Positions 54,593 through 64,000 of a stretch of 64,000 bases of DNA are shown in pieces. Both the position numbers and the translations under genes were made by a program. Position 1 is the stretch's first letter. Each line of letters starts with the position of its first letter. Under the pieces are notes generated by a model. It did no database searches and had not been told where the DNA came from. It saw only the letters and a program-made list of their open reading frames with translations. The DNA is from Octopus bimaculoides. Lineage: Eukaryota. The stretch lies in NCBI RefSeq assembly GCF_001194135.2, contig NC_068989.1:48533859-48597858 (forward strand), written 5' to 3'.

Positions 54593-56487
54593 CAGTTAAG
54601 AATACCAAACTCATCTGATTTTACTGATAAACATGTAGATGTTGTTTGGCCACTGATGGCAGGGCTGATGAGAGGAGGATTATAAAAAAAAAACATAAGG
54701 GGAACAAGAATGAGCAAAGTTTGTACCAAATTATGCTTCAATGAATTCTGCAAGGTTAAAAAAAATGCTTGCTACCATGGAGATGCAACAACAGAAAAAA
54801 ATAAAAGAAATCAGTTGAAAACTACAAGCAAAGCATAAAATAAAAATGTATACCCTTTGAGAAAGCTAGTGATTAGTGTAGCAACAAATATTTTTGGGGG
54901 ACATAAACAAACATCAAAAGCCTTGGGAAAAGAAAGAAGACAAGTGAAATATATTTTAAGACAAATACAGTTAGTGCATTTATAGGCTTTATTAATTATG
55001 ATTCCTCGTAAACATATATATTAAAAAATGAACAACTAAAAAGTAAGAAGTCTAAACTGATTTCTAATAATCTACAGAGAAATGAAAGTGGTTTTAATAA
55101 ATGTTGTGGGTGTCAGAGAGGGAGCAGGGGACACAGAGTGGTTAACAGGAGCTGACAAAGTAGGAAATGCTTATTGTTCAAAGTAAACAATTGTTTCCTT
55201 TCTCTTTGTCTCTTGTCTTTCTCTGGGATTTGTTAAGAACCAAGTTTTCTTCATTTTCTATGTAACAACAGCAACATCAGTCTATTTTCCCTATTCAAGT
55301 TCTTTAAAGACTTTAGCCCTTCCTTTGATCACAATAGTCTAATATAATTTGTTACTTTGATAGACAACTACTTCCTTTTCCACCTCTTATTTCATCTCAT
55401 CATCAAAGAAGCCAACTGTACATCTTTTCTTCTCTTGTGAATATCTTCTTCATTTTCCTCTCACAACCCCAAACAGTCCTCAGAAGTCTATCTAAAGTCC
55501 CCACCACACACCTCACCCAATACTAAGAGTACCCACTAACAGTTAATACAAATAGTTTATCCTGCAATTGTTTTGAAGTCTCGACAGGTTATTTTACCAA
55601 AGACCCTACATGGTTTTAAAATATTTATCTTGTTACCTTATTTTTAATTCTTTTTTTCAGCTATTGGACTGTGGCCATGCTGGATCACTATCTTGAAGGG
55701 TTTAGTTGAACAAATTGATCCCAGTACTTTTTTAAAGTCTGGTATTTATTCTATCAGTCTCTTTTGCCAAACTGTTAGGTTATGGAAATGTAAACAAACC
55801 AACCCTGCTTGTCAAATGATGGTGGGGGGACAAACACACATACACACACAACAAGCTTCTTTCAGTTTCTCTCTATCTTATCTACTCACAAGCCTTTGGC
55901 TGACCTGGGGCTATAGTAGAAGACACTTGCCCAATGTGCCACATAGTGGGACTGAACCTGGAACCATGTGGTTGGAAAGCAAGCTTTTTACTACACAGCT
56001 GTGTTTCGCTGAAAATTTTTCAAAAGAAAAACAAGGCAGAGAGAAATAATGGTATTTAACATAGGAACATGGAAATTGAATTTTTTTCTTTTTAAGGTGG
56101 GGGGTGGGGGAAATATAGTCCATGAGATCTACCCTAGTTGATGACTGGTACTTATCTTCATTAACTTATAGAAACATGAAAGCAATGATGATGATGATAA
56201 GGTAAAAGTTCAGAATGTAAAAAGCACACAACTAAAGTGGCAAAGCGTTTGCTGAGATAGCAATTATGACAAATAAAAATAAAACAAAAAAAAAAAAGCT
56301 TACCTAAAGCTGCATAATCTGGTGTCTGGGGATCCCCACTGAGAGTATAGCGAACATGAGATATTTTGACAGCCCAGGGTGGTAGCCACCAAGATGACGG
56401 ATACACACTTGACTGTTTGGAAGCATAGTCAAATGGGTCCCCATACAAGATTGCCCCTATGGCACCAAAATTCTCCGCATGTTTCAC
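4936..56487 (-). CDS. Partial multi-exon gene: M28B family (glutamate carboxypeptidase II / FOLH1 / NAALAD-like), probably catalytically inactive (NAALADL2/TfR-like pseudo-peptidase); 8 internal exons
   Basis: Exons 56304-56487, 52849-52939, 37553-37648, 35585-35670, 34081-34203, 31141-31223, 9299-9362 and 4936-5095 all have AG/GT ends and compatible phases. They splice to [21 protein letters not shown]...GDPQTPDY...[13 protein letters not shown]...GPGY...NIIGVIRG...[13 protein letters not shown]...[53 protein letters not shown]...ASPLL, collinear with human GCPII about residues 214-511 (from memory). Confidence 0.95.
5240..5337. repeat. 30-bp minisatellite, about 3.5 units
   Basis: tacagttctatgtg(t/a)tactgca..cttaca repeated. 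Confidence 0.85.
6118..6475. repeat. Long imperfect (ATT)n microsatellite
   Basis: Directly visible; it explains the poly-I, poly-L and poly-Y ORFs. Confidence 0.97.
8076..8120 (-). ncRNA. Degenerate hammerhead motif, mirror copy
   Basis: TCTGTG-CTGATGA-aagaaaataaccca-GAAA-TCGTAAT-A-CACAGA; stems II and III are more decayed than in the plus copy. Confidence 0.5.
8129..8173 (+). ncRNA. Degenerate minimal type I hammerhead ribozyme motif
   Basis: Stem I TCTGTG/CACAGA, core CTGATGA, stem II aagg-aaataa-ccca (2 of 4 paired), GAAA, near-palindromic stem III ATTGCGAT, cleavage triplet AUA. Confidence 0.6.
9299..9362 (-). CDS. M28B gene exon carrying the D453 equivalent, 64 nt, phase 0 to 1
   Basis: ttccag|GAA...AGAG|gtgagt; [21 protein letters not shown](G) versus GCPII [22 protein letters not shown]. 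Confidence 0.93.
11111..11542 (-). mobile_element. SINE family A, young copy with an internal gap
   Basis: Head aggcgtaggagtggctgtgtggtaag with A/B-box-like motifs; close to the consensus of other copies. Confidence 0.9.
12008..12226. repeat. About 220-bp foldback palindrome (arms of about 95 bp)
   Basis: tatataagtaatgtttatcacc...ctagctggttat pairs with ataaccagctggag...gataaacattacttatata; a related right arm is present at about 575-675. Confidence 0.88.
12803..14257 (-). mobile_element. Tc1-like DNA transposon, degenerate, with about 330-bp terminal inverted repeats
   Basis: Frameshifted transposase pieces at 13134-13869 ([40 protein letters not shown]). About 12803-13130 is the reverse complement of about 13930-14257. 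Ends sit in a TA context. Confidence 0.88.
15530..15760 (-). mobile_element. SINE family B
   Basis: Reverse complement of the tail and body seen at 29865-30606. Confidence 0.8.
17085..17665 (-). mobile_element. SINE family A, one partial and one full copy
   Basis: Same modules as the copy at 11111. Confidence 0.85.
17835..18520. repeat. Two diverged direct repeats of about 200 bp separated by about 280 bp
   Basis: cattgatacagaaact(c/t)gagtct...ctgccctttctagcat...gtcacctcttt at about 17835-18040 and 18320-18520. Confidence 0.8.
20565..21000 (-). mobile_element. Two tandem copies of SINE family C
   Basis: ttgacacaaggccagc...aaaggcaaagtcgacc...ggaatttgaactc...gaaatgcc...gcattttgcc, occurring twice. 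Confidence 0.85.
22810..23420. mobile_element. Penelope-like (pLTR-type) repeat inserted in (TA)n, running into an assembly gap
   Basis: Direct repeat tataatataatatagg(g)ataaa(a)ttctttata at about 22810 and 23346, an internal hammerhead-like motif, and a 21-bp tandem just before the gap. Confidence 0.45.
23088..23168 (-). ncRNA. Degenerate hammerhead motif within a Penelope-like repeat
   Basis: CTGATGA (23161-23155), stem II AATACAG/CTGTATT, GAAAC-CAGTG-GTC with near-palindromic stem III and a GUC triplet; stem I only partly paired. Confidence 0.45.
25560..26340 (-). mobile_element. Helitron RepHel Pif1-helicase relic
   Basis: Decayed motifs in the expected order: [47 protein letters not shown] (Walker A like GPGGTGKTF), [18 protein letters not shown] (like AVASSGIAATLLxGGRTAHS), VCNTGKG...[14 protein letters not shown] (like LIVWDECTM). 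Confidence 0.85.
27485..27710 (-). mobile_element. SINE family B variant (similar copies near 3540-3752, 34480-34655 and 51420-51575)
   Basis: ttttgccagctgagtgaactggag...gctcaagaacacaa...caggaattgaa...ctaaccac module. Confidence 0.75.
29865..30606 (+). mobile_element. Two tandem copies of tRNA-derived SINE family B separated by (TA)n
   Basis: A box tggcccagtgg, B box ggtttcgattcc; shared tail gagcaggctgttccgttgatcggatcaactggaaccc...gagtgcca. Confidence 0.88.
31141..31223 (-). CDS. M28B gene exon with the catalytic-site motif (EE replaced by TK), 83 nt, phase 1 to 0
   Basis: ttttag|AC...CAG|gtgagt; (D)[27 protein letters not shown] versus GCPII [27 protein letters not shown]. Confidence 0.95.
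31395..31530. repeat. Degenerate 15-bp G-rich minisatellite
   Basis: gttgacaagggttag-like units. Confidence 0.6.
32975..33385 (-). mobile_element. SINE family A
   Basis: Same modules as the copy at 11111. Confidence 0.85.
34081..34203 (-). CDS. M28B gene exon carrying the H377 and D387 equivalents, 123 nt, phase 1 to 1
   Basis: ttgcag|AT...GAAG|gttggt; (D)[40 protein letters not shown] resembles GCPII [25 protein letters not shown]. Confidence 0.95.
35585..35670 (-). CDS. M28B gene exon, 86 nt, phase 2 to 1
   Basis: ttgcag|G...AAAG|gtctgt; [28 protein letters not shown] resembles GCPII [28 protein letters not shown]. Confidence 0.92.
36290..36600 (-). mobile_element. SINE family B
   Basis: Reverse complement of the copy at 29865-30190. 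Confidence 0.85.
37553..37648 (-). CDS. M28B gene exon, 96 nt, phase 2 to 2
   Basis: ctgtag|G...AACAG|gtttgt; [31 protein letters not shown] resembles GCPII SWRGSLKVPYNVGPGF. Confidence 0.9.
38388..38894 (-). mobile_element. Mariner deletion derivative, copy A, truncated by an RTE LINE
   Basis: [27 protein letters not shown] (YSPDLAPSD motif) plus the N-terminal [10 protein letters not shown]; terminal sequence tattgagttatcccataaataatgc. Confidence 0.88.
38895..40262 (+). mobile_element. RTE-clade LINE 3' fragment (ORF2 end with Cys-rich finger, 3' UTR and (GAT)n tail)
   Basis: [16 protein letters not shown]...[64 protein letters not shown]; stops and frameshifts present; ends gacgacgatgatgatgat. 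Confidence 0.92.
40845..41220 (+). mobile_element. SINE family A
   Basis: gtggttgtggagtaagaagtttgcttc...ccaatcaaagccttgtgagtggat...ccccagcatg...gaaacaagtaaaagataa. Confidence 0.85.
42180..42570 (-). mobile_element. Two tandem copies of SINE family C (a plus-strand copy lies at 44150-44345)
   Basis: Same modules as 20565, with (AAT)n tails. Confidence 0.82.
42570..42860 (-). mobile_element. SINE family A (head truncated)
   Basis: Same modules as other family A copies. Confidence 0.8.
44660..44860 (+). mobile_element. LINE (RTE-like) C-terminal relic
   Basis: [17 protein letters not shown]...[11 protein letters not shown] resembles FGHVARFPESDP...SAWR RTE ends. Confidence 0.5.
45395..45626. 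mobile_element. MITE-like repeat ending aaagggttaa (related copy at about 35110-35290)
   Basis: Shared ccatatctgg...ttatgttcaaac...cacatcatcaaaat block; TTAA-type end. Confidence 0.5.
45718..46085 (+). mobile_element. SINE family A
   Basis: Same modules as other family A copies. Confidence 0.8.
46935..47310 (+). mobile_element. SINE family A head joined to an RTE-type tail module
   Basis: Family A head, then cttgtc(g/t)tgacatcac...aagggtatctagtcatagaaaa...gatgatgatg. Confidence 0.75.
48241..48606 (+). mobile_element. SINE family A, young copy with a deletion in the head
   Basis: gcaggagtggctgtgtggtaagtagcttgcttaccaaccacat|gggcaagtgtc...aaatgactgaaacaaataaaagagtaa. Confidence 0.9.
52849..52939 (-). 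CDS. M28B gene exon, 91 nt, phase 1 to 2
   Basis: tttcag|AT...ATGAG|gtacaa; (D)[29 protein letters not shown](R) resembles GCPII LPSIPVHPIGYYDAQKLL. Confidence 0.92.
55650..56002 (-). mobile_element. SINE family A
   Basis: Same modules as other family A copies. Confidence 0.85.
56304..56487 (-). CDS. M28B gene exon (PA/apical domain), 184 nt, phase 0 to 1
   Basis: ttttcag|GTGAAA...TTAG|gtaagc; [61 protein letters not shown] resembles GCPII VKNAQLAGAKGVILYSDPADY...GDPLTPGY. Confidence 0.95.
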
Positions 56488-57529
56488 CTGAAAATTAAAA
56501 GGAGAAATAAGATAAGGAAACTGCAATAAATAGTTAAAAGAAAAAAATTCCAAGAGAAATGGTTGTATTTTAGTTCAAACATAGAGACATAACGTTGACA
56601 AGATAGCTGTTGTGAATAAATCCATGTAACTCACTTGAAAGAGTTTTTCTTTTTGGGTTTTGAATAAGAAAACAACAAAACAGAACAGTAGAAATAGTAA
56701 AACAATCCCCACCAGCAATGGCAGAATTTAATTTACATTTGAAAACATTTTCAAAGAGGTGCTTATAAAAGAATTGTTAGTATGGCACCAGATATCTCCA
56801 TGCTTGCTTAAATATGTGTTTGTGTGTGTATCTATGTATATGTACATGTGTGTGTGTGTATTCCTCCAAATTCAATACAACTAAACACTACTGATTGTTT
56901 TAAATCTGTATGACTATTTGAGGGAAATGGGAACTAAAATAAAAATGATGTTAGGCTATTAACTAATATGGTACAAATTTACAAGAAAAATTTTACTGTC
57001 ACTCTGGGCTTTATAGTTAAAGAGTACACGCCTTCAGTTTACAAAAATGTCAGAAACAGGTACCACAACTTCTGGGAAAGAAGATATAAGTTAAAAAAAA
57101 AACAAAACAAAAAAAAACATGTCTTTGCCAAGAAGAGTTGTCTTTAATCTACTTAACACTAAAGAAATTGGAATTAACTATTGGTCCTATGGATCTAAAA
57201 TCTCTAGGATAAGGCTGCTTTTTGTTGTATTTGATATTTTTTTAAACAATGTCAATTGGCTTAACATACACATTTGTTGCAATGGGAAGAAAATGCTTGT
57301 TGTATTTCCTCTGACAAGAGAAATAAAAAAAAATAATAAATGAAAGAAACAACATTTTAACACATTAACATTCATATAAAAACTATGTTGAATTCTATTT
57401 TCTGATAATGAAAATAGAATTCAATGCAGTCACATGTGTATTTCCTCCCATTAACAAGATTAATTTATTTTATTAATACACTGGTTTGAGTGTTATTGCA
57501 GTTGTTATTGGATAGTTCTACCACCGCTG

Positions 57530-58810
57530 GTACACATACACTGTAAAGGAAATCTATAACATGAGTGCAACCAATCAGAAGAGGCATTCAATCACTAGTT
57601 CAACCATCAATACTTTAACCCAACCCCTATTGCCAACACCATTTCCCTACCTATCATGTCCCTACATTTAATCTATCGCTCTCTGATGTAGTCCCTCTTT
57701 ACTAAGGGGTTATGCTTCTTACTTCTCTTAACATCTGTTGAGCATTTTCATACCTCAATTGATTATGCTGTTTGTATGATGCAATAAGCTTCATGTCTTT
57801 TTCCATCACAGACCTCCTGGGCCTAACAACTCTAGCTGCTTCACTGACCTTCACTACTGCCCTTTCCATTATTCCACAATACTTTACTATTTCAGACACA
57901 GCCAACTAACAAAGGTAGTGGTGTGATGGTGTAGCAGTTTGAACTGTAAAAATTTGAAGCACTTCAGCAACTTCTCAAACCCCTACTTTCTACAAGCTAT
58001 CTTTCCTTATTCCCTGCAACCAATAATTCTTGTTCACCACCCTCTACTATCTCATCTCCTCCTCCCACCTTCCTTCCACAGTCATCAACCTTAACGTCAG
58101 AACACCATGTGCCTCCACTTCCTTTTCAAGATTCACAAAGCCACCTCATAATTACCACCTGTCCCAGAGAATTAATCCCCTAATACTTGGACCAGCTCTT
58201 TTCACCCATAGTTATAGCTCCCTCATTGCATAACTATGATGCCAGCCGTAGCATTACCTTTCTAAATCCTTTATGGTTGTTACATTGATGACTGTATTGT
58301 ATCCCCTCTCTTACTTATGCATAGCTCAATTCCTGCATCGCTTTTGTCAACTTTCCCCTGCCTTAGATTTCACATCCATCATCTCCACAATTTCTGATAA
58401 CTTGATGGACATCTTTGTCTTTACTGACCACCACAATACCCCCATCATTATCATTTACATGTCCATTGACTCCTACTCCTATCTTTATTTCACTTAATCC
58501 TATCTCTCTAATACCAAATCTGCTATCCCCTACTTACTATTCTTTCACATCTACAACTTTTGTAACCATGGCTATGACTGATACAAAATTGAATTCAAAC
58601 ATCCACTATTTCATTACACCCACTCACCTTATCCAGTCCCTACCCTGTCACATCTTCACCATCTCATCTCTCCAACTGAAGTAGCCATGTATCTTTTCCA
58701 CTGCAAGACACCTATTTCTGTCACTGTATTCATACTCTAACTTCTCATCACCTGACACTAAACCACCCGCCTCAATACTACTCTCCTCTCTGTTGAAGAG
58801 TCTTGTCTTG
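57530..58810 (-). mobile_element. Old RTE-like LINE relic
   Basis: Decayed motifs: VNGHV (endonuclease-like), LGD*FSG (YLGD-like) and RVVRPRRSVMEKDM (C-terminal GRPxxxW...DM-like). Confidence 0.5.
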
Positions 58811-59027
58811 CAAGTTACTTGATGATCTCACTGCAGCTGTACCACATAAGAAACAACCAGTAACCGCTGTAAAGTGGTTGACATTAGGAAGGGAATCCAG
58901 CTATAGAAACCATGCTAAAGCAGGTAGTTTAGCTTGGCACAATCTTCTAACATGTCAGCTCCTGTCAAACCATCTGACCCATGCCAGCTTCGAAAGAGGT
59001 CATTAAAATGATGATGATGATGATGAT

Positions 59028-59078
<51 letters not shown>

Positions 59079-60934
59079 AATTAGATGGGGAGGATAGAAA
59101 TAAGTTGTAGATTGTAGATTCATTTAGTTTTTGGTTGTAAGTGTAATACAAGAAAGTTCAGTGTAATTTTGGCTAAAGTTATTGCAATGATGAAAGAGTC
59201 CAGTTAGAGTTGAGAGTAAATCATGGTTATATCCATTACATGGTTATTATTTTCCCTTTCCTTTACAACTGAGAAATATTAAAAACATCTCTGACAAAAA
59301 AAAAGAAGAAAAAAAACATTATTAATAAATTTAACAAAAACAAAATAACTCAGATTCATTGTAATATTTGATATTTCCTTCCTTTACCTCATCTATCACA
59401 CTGACATGAGCTGAATGAAAATATTTCCTTCATTGTTGTGGGGTATATGCTAAATATCAAAAATGAGGATTGCCAATATTTCTTCTAAGCAGAGTTCTTT
59501 GAAGAAATTGTTAAAAAATATTGTGCCGCACTTCTATTGTTTTTACTTTGTCTGATAAGAAGTGAAATGGTTGAGTGATATGATTCTAGATTACAAATTC
59601 GTAGGTCACAAGTTTAAAATTACTGCAGCCATTTCTTTGTGTTGCTGGGCAGGAATGGTATGCAAGGACCAAACAGATGATTTGAGCCTAGTAACTTCCC
59701 CTTTTGTCATTCACCAGCAATTTTAACAACTCCAGTGAACAGAGAATGCCACCATCTCTTTATGTCCATAAAAAAGAAGAGGAGGAAGAAAAAAAATTAT
59801 AATTATTTTAAAGATGCAGTACCTGCAGAGTTAAAATGAAATATTGGTCGAAAAATCATGAGTTCAAATTTTTCTACAGGCATTGTGTTGTGACTTTAAT
59901 TAAAATAGACTACTGTACTTGCCACAAGCTATCTAGTGAGTTGGTAGATTAGGTAAGCTATCTTGCAGAAAATTTTTTTTACCTCTAACTGTAGTATTTA
60001 AATACACCCCCTACACTTTCTACATATTCTGCTGCTGACAAATGAATGGAAGAGAGTAATAAAATGTATTCTTGTGTAACAGAATTCAATTTTGGCATTG
60101 TAATCCATCGAATTATATCTTAATTTCCAGTTAGATCAATATTCTACCATTATGTTATTACACACTCTCTCTCTCTCTCTCTTTCTTATAACTTGACATT
60201 TTGTTGCCAGGTAGATGGGAAATGGGTGTGGTTAGAATATTGCCCATGGCACAGAACATAAGATATAAGGGGATACAAACTCCTGGCTTTCTAACTCTGA
60301 GAGTTGGTGCTTTATCCTCTCTGCAACGTCTCACAATTACCATAAAGCATTTTGATAGAAACAGTAACACAAAGCACTTAATTTGACCTTTCTTATTTAT
60401 AGACTACTTAATTGAAATCAAGATTCAATGCACATACATCTTGCTTCACACAAACACAGGCAAACATAGATACAAAATGTTTCGCACATAAATAGAGACA
60501 GACACACACAGAATGGTGCAACACATTGAAAAGCTTTTAGTATGGATGATGGGAAAAACAAAAATAAAAAGACAAGAATGAGATTAGTATATCACTGAAA
60601 ATATCTTGATGAGCAATTCTGTTTGTCTGAAAAGGTGTCTAGTTCAAACAGTAAGCTATATTTGTATTCATTAATGAAGTTTTGAAACACAATCTCCTTC
60701 TCAAATATTGGTTTGAGTTAAATTGATTTAAAGCTATTCTTTTTATTGGAATATACAGTCATATTTAGAAGAAATTTATTTTGAAATGCTGTCTATTCAT
60801 ACACACATGATCACATACTGCATATTAAATACAAATACACATACACACCTACATGAATGAGGACACATGCATACATCAACACAATATAAATTATACATGA
60901 ATGAATTAAATTAAAGTTGACATTTTTGTAAACA

Positions 60935-60980
<46 letters not shown>

Positions 60981-61227
60981 CTCTCATGGTGACTGCTGTA
61001 TAAAACTTCTAATGAGATTTAGAATACTCCAAACCTATAGTAAAGTTGACATTAATATTTATTAGTAATTTACAATTCTACAATATGTTGATGAATCCTC
61101 TGTCAGTTTTGATAATAAGCATTCAACTGAACTACATGCATATCAAATTAACATATAAGTGGCTGCATATTCCACAGGTACATGTACTGTGAGCATAGTA
61201 CTAAGGTCTAGTCAGTGTAGCAAAATA

Positions 61228-61705
61228 TATTTATATCTCATAAATAATGTGTTTTTTTATACTTCTTTTATTTTTCAAAATTAAGATAAACAAAGTTCTT
61301 TTTAATTTAAAATATACTCCCCTTCATTTTCTATATTGTTCCGCCATCTTTCTGGTAGACTTGCAAGGCCCCTCTTCCAAATTTCACTTGTCTGTGATGA
61401 AAAATACCCCCCAGTACTGTTCTGATTTCGTCTACACAATTCTTATTTTTTCCATCCAAATGATTTTGAAGACTATGGAATAAATGATAATCAAAAGAAG
61501 CAATATCTGACGAATATGGTGGGTGGGGCATTGTTTCCCATTCAAACTACTTCAGACTTTAGAATGTCATCCTCACTGTATGTGGTTGAGCATTATCCTA
61601 ATGGAGAAACACCTTTCTTCATGAAACCAAAGATGGTAATTTTTCTTCTAGTGCTGACTTGAATGACCAAATCCAAGTTTCTCTGCTAGTTCCTCAACAG
61701 TTGTT
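61228..61705 (-). mobile_element. Mariner deletion derivative, copy B (same family as 38388)
   Basis: MPHPPYSSDIASFDYHLFHSLQNHLDGK and FLH*DNAQPHT; high DNA similarity to 38388-38846. Confidence 0.85.
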
Positions 61706-61707
61706 AC

Positions 61708-61761
<54 letters not shown>

Positions 61762-61902
61762 AGCCTNNNNNNNNNNNNNNNNNNNNNNNNNNNNNNNNNN
61801 NNNNNNNNNNNNNNNNNNNNNNNNNNNNNNNNNNNNNNNNNNNNNNNNNNNNNNNNNNNNNNNNNNNNNNNNNNNNNNNNNNNNNNNNNNNNCAGTTGTT
61901 AC

Positions 61903-61956
<54 letters not shown>

Positions 61957-61959
61957 AGC

Positions 61960-62200
61960 CTAGTGGTTAGGGTGTTGCACTCATGATCATGAGATCGTGA
62001 TTTCAATTCCCAGACCAGATGTGTTCTTGGGCAAAACACTTCATCTCACATTGCTCTGCAATCACTTCAACACCTGATGTGTAGTACATCATGAGCCTGT
62101 TTAGGCAATGTCAATTTGATGGAGAGGGAGAGCTTATGTAGGGCACATACATTTGATCACTATAAGCAAATCATTTGTGCTTGTCATTTGGCAAAAGCTG
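61960..62200 (+). mobile_element. SINE family B-type head (similar copy at 22519-22720)
   Basis: tagtggttagggtgttgcactcatgatc...ttcaattcc...cttgggcaaaacacttcatc. Confidence 0.7.
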
Positions 62201-62945
62201 AACTCACACATCATCTTCAACAGGAGAGTCCGTCTGTCCGTCCATCCGTCCATCATCATCATCATCGTTTTTATTATTATAATATGATAGTTGTAAACAA
62301 ACATCACTGTCACACAAGCATGATATTTGTAATCTTCTGTAAAAAACATGCTCAGCCATTGAGTGTGCATGCATGTGTGTGTATGCATGCATGTGTGTGT
62401 ATGCATGCGTGTGCAGCTGTATGGTTAAGATGCTTACTTCCCAATCATGCGGGACATGCAAAGGGGTTAAATGTGCACTAAGTGTGAGACACATTAGTGT
62501 AAGAAGTATAATGTTACAGAGGCAGTGTTTAAATGATGGATTTGTCATATACAAAAGGAGAACAGATATCAGGCTTTCTTCTAAATAGGGGATAGATTAG
62601 GAACCTGAAGAAAGTGGTAATGACCTGTGACAGCAACAATTAATTTATAAGAGAATAGTAAAAGCTTTTGATAAATCATTTGTTGTGAATCTTTGTTCAT
62701 CATGTCAAGTGAACATACTTAAGAGCTGCCGGAGAACATTTACTTGCAAAATGACTGGCATGAAAAAAATTGTTTCTTATGTGTTTATATTGAAAGTATG
62801 GACATTCAAGTTGATAGAATATGAAACAGCAGAACTTTAGTTGCTCAAGTGCCATCAACGATACTGGAATGTTTCTATGGTCGCAAAGCCTAACCCTCGA
62901 TGGCTCAGGTGCTCGTGTCATTAGTAGACACCATAGGACTGTATA

Positions 62946-63165
62946 TACTAGCATGCGCTGAAAAGTTCCTGGCTTAAGGGTACCGTGAAAGGCCTGGTTG
63001 GAGGCCCAACTCACTGAGTTCTTTTACAAGGTTTAGAAAAACTGAAGAACAGCTGCAATAAGTGTGTGGATCTGAGAGGGGAATATGTTGGATAAAATCT
63101 TAATTTACTGATCCTCCTGTATTTTCTTTAACCCAAAGCCAGGAACTTTTCAGCACCCCTTCATA
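62946..63165 (+). mobile_element. Mariner-derived MITE of about 220 bp
   Basis: TIRs gctgaaaagttcctggctt / aagccaggaacttttcagc; the interior encodes a transposase C-terminus, GLEKLKNSCNKCVDLRGEYVG*. Confidence 0.8.
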
Positions 63166-63189
63166 CATATAAAAGTTTATATATGAATA

Positions 63190-63356
63190 CAGGAATGTTT
63201 GTGTGGTTAAGATGTCTGCTTCCCAACACAAGGTATTGAGTTTAGTCTCATTGTGTGACATCTTGGGCAAGTATCTCCGACTATAGATTCAGACTATCAA
63301 ATCCATTCACAAAGCCTTGAGTGGATTTGATAGGCAGAAAATTGAAAGAAGCCTAT

Positions 63357-63390
<34 letters not shown>

Positions 63391-63655
63391 GAGATAGGCA
63401 TGCATTCTGTATATGTGTGTGCATGTATGTTTTGTGCCTCCTTGTCTTGACATAATGTGATAGTTGTAAAACAGTGTTACCATTACATAAGCATTCATTT
63501 CCAATCTTCTGTGGAAACATATTTGGTCACAGGAAAATATCTTGCTTGCAAATGGTAAGCAGTTGTCAACAGAAAGAGAATTTGGCTCTAGAAAAATCTG
63601 CCCATTTGAATTATGTCTACTCCATGCAAGCATAAGAAAATGGATGTTAAAAAAA
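63190..63655 (+). mobile_element. SINE family A head joined to an RTE-type tail module
   Basis: Head, (CA)n, then the gtgcctccttgtcttgacat...catgcaagcat...gatgttaaaa module. Confidence 0.75.
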
Positions 63656-64000
63656 ATAAAGAGAAAAAAATGAAGCAGCAACAGTAACAGTAGTAGCAGC
63701 AGTAGTAATGTAAAATTAATTAATGATTCATTGGTTTGCAATACTGATTTTACTTCTACTCATAGGAGAAATTAACTGCAATAAACAGCCAACCTATCTA
63801 TGAGAAGATTTGTCTCATCTTATTAACATTCCCAGAAACCACAAATGAATGCTATTCTACTGATTTCTACAAGTTTACAAAAAGTAATAATAAAAGACAA
63901 TGCTACTCATTACTTTATAGAGACCAGAGGGTAAAATGTTGACTTGTGTCAAATGGGAGTAAGAGATATAGTTGTAAACCTATAAAACTTTTCACAGAAA

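Noticed and set aside
61698-61941. Duplicated cagttgttac(tat)n-acagcct around a gap
   Set aside because: Assembly overlap artefact.
56488-64000. Search for the upstream exon ending in a GKIFRGNK-like motif
   Set aside because: No matching phase-0 exon was found; it probably lies beyond the window.
1-64000. CRISPR arrays, rRNA, prokaryotic operons
   Set aside because: No regularly spaced repeat-spacer array or rRNA motif; the DNA is eukaryotic and mostly intronic.

Overview
Eukaryotic, AT-rich and microsatellite-dense DNA from a gapped scaffold. The SINE and LINE families look like those of Octopus (inference from remembered repeat consensus, not searched). One gene dominates: eight minus-strand coding exons (56487 down to 4936) of an M28B glutamate carboxypeptidase II / NAALADase / transferrin-receptor-family protein. 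All junctions are GT-AG and the phases join into one open frame of about 295 aa; both the 5' and 3' exons lie outside the window. The key result is that the catalytic WDAEEFG motif reads WDATKYG while the H377, D387 and D453 equivalents are kept, so this looks like an intact pseudo-peptidase with half a metal site. The Lys codon is one A-to-I edit from Glu. The introns hold many tRNA-derived SINEs, RTE LINE fragments, a Tc1 element with long TIRs, mariner derivatives, a Helitron helicase relic, and foldback or Penelope-like repeats carrying degenerate hammerhead-ribozyme motifs. No CRISPR array, rRNA or true tRNA gene was found. Repeat boundaries are approximate; exon boundaries were read base by base.
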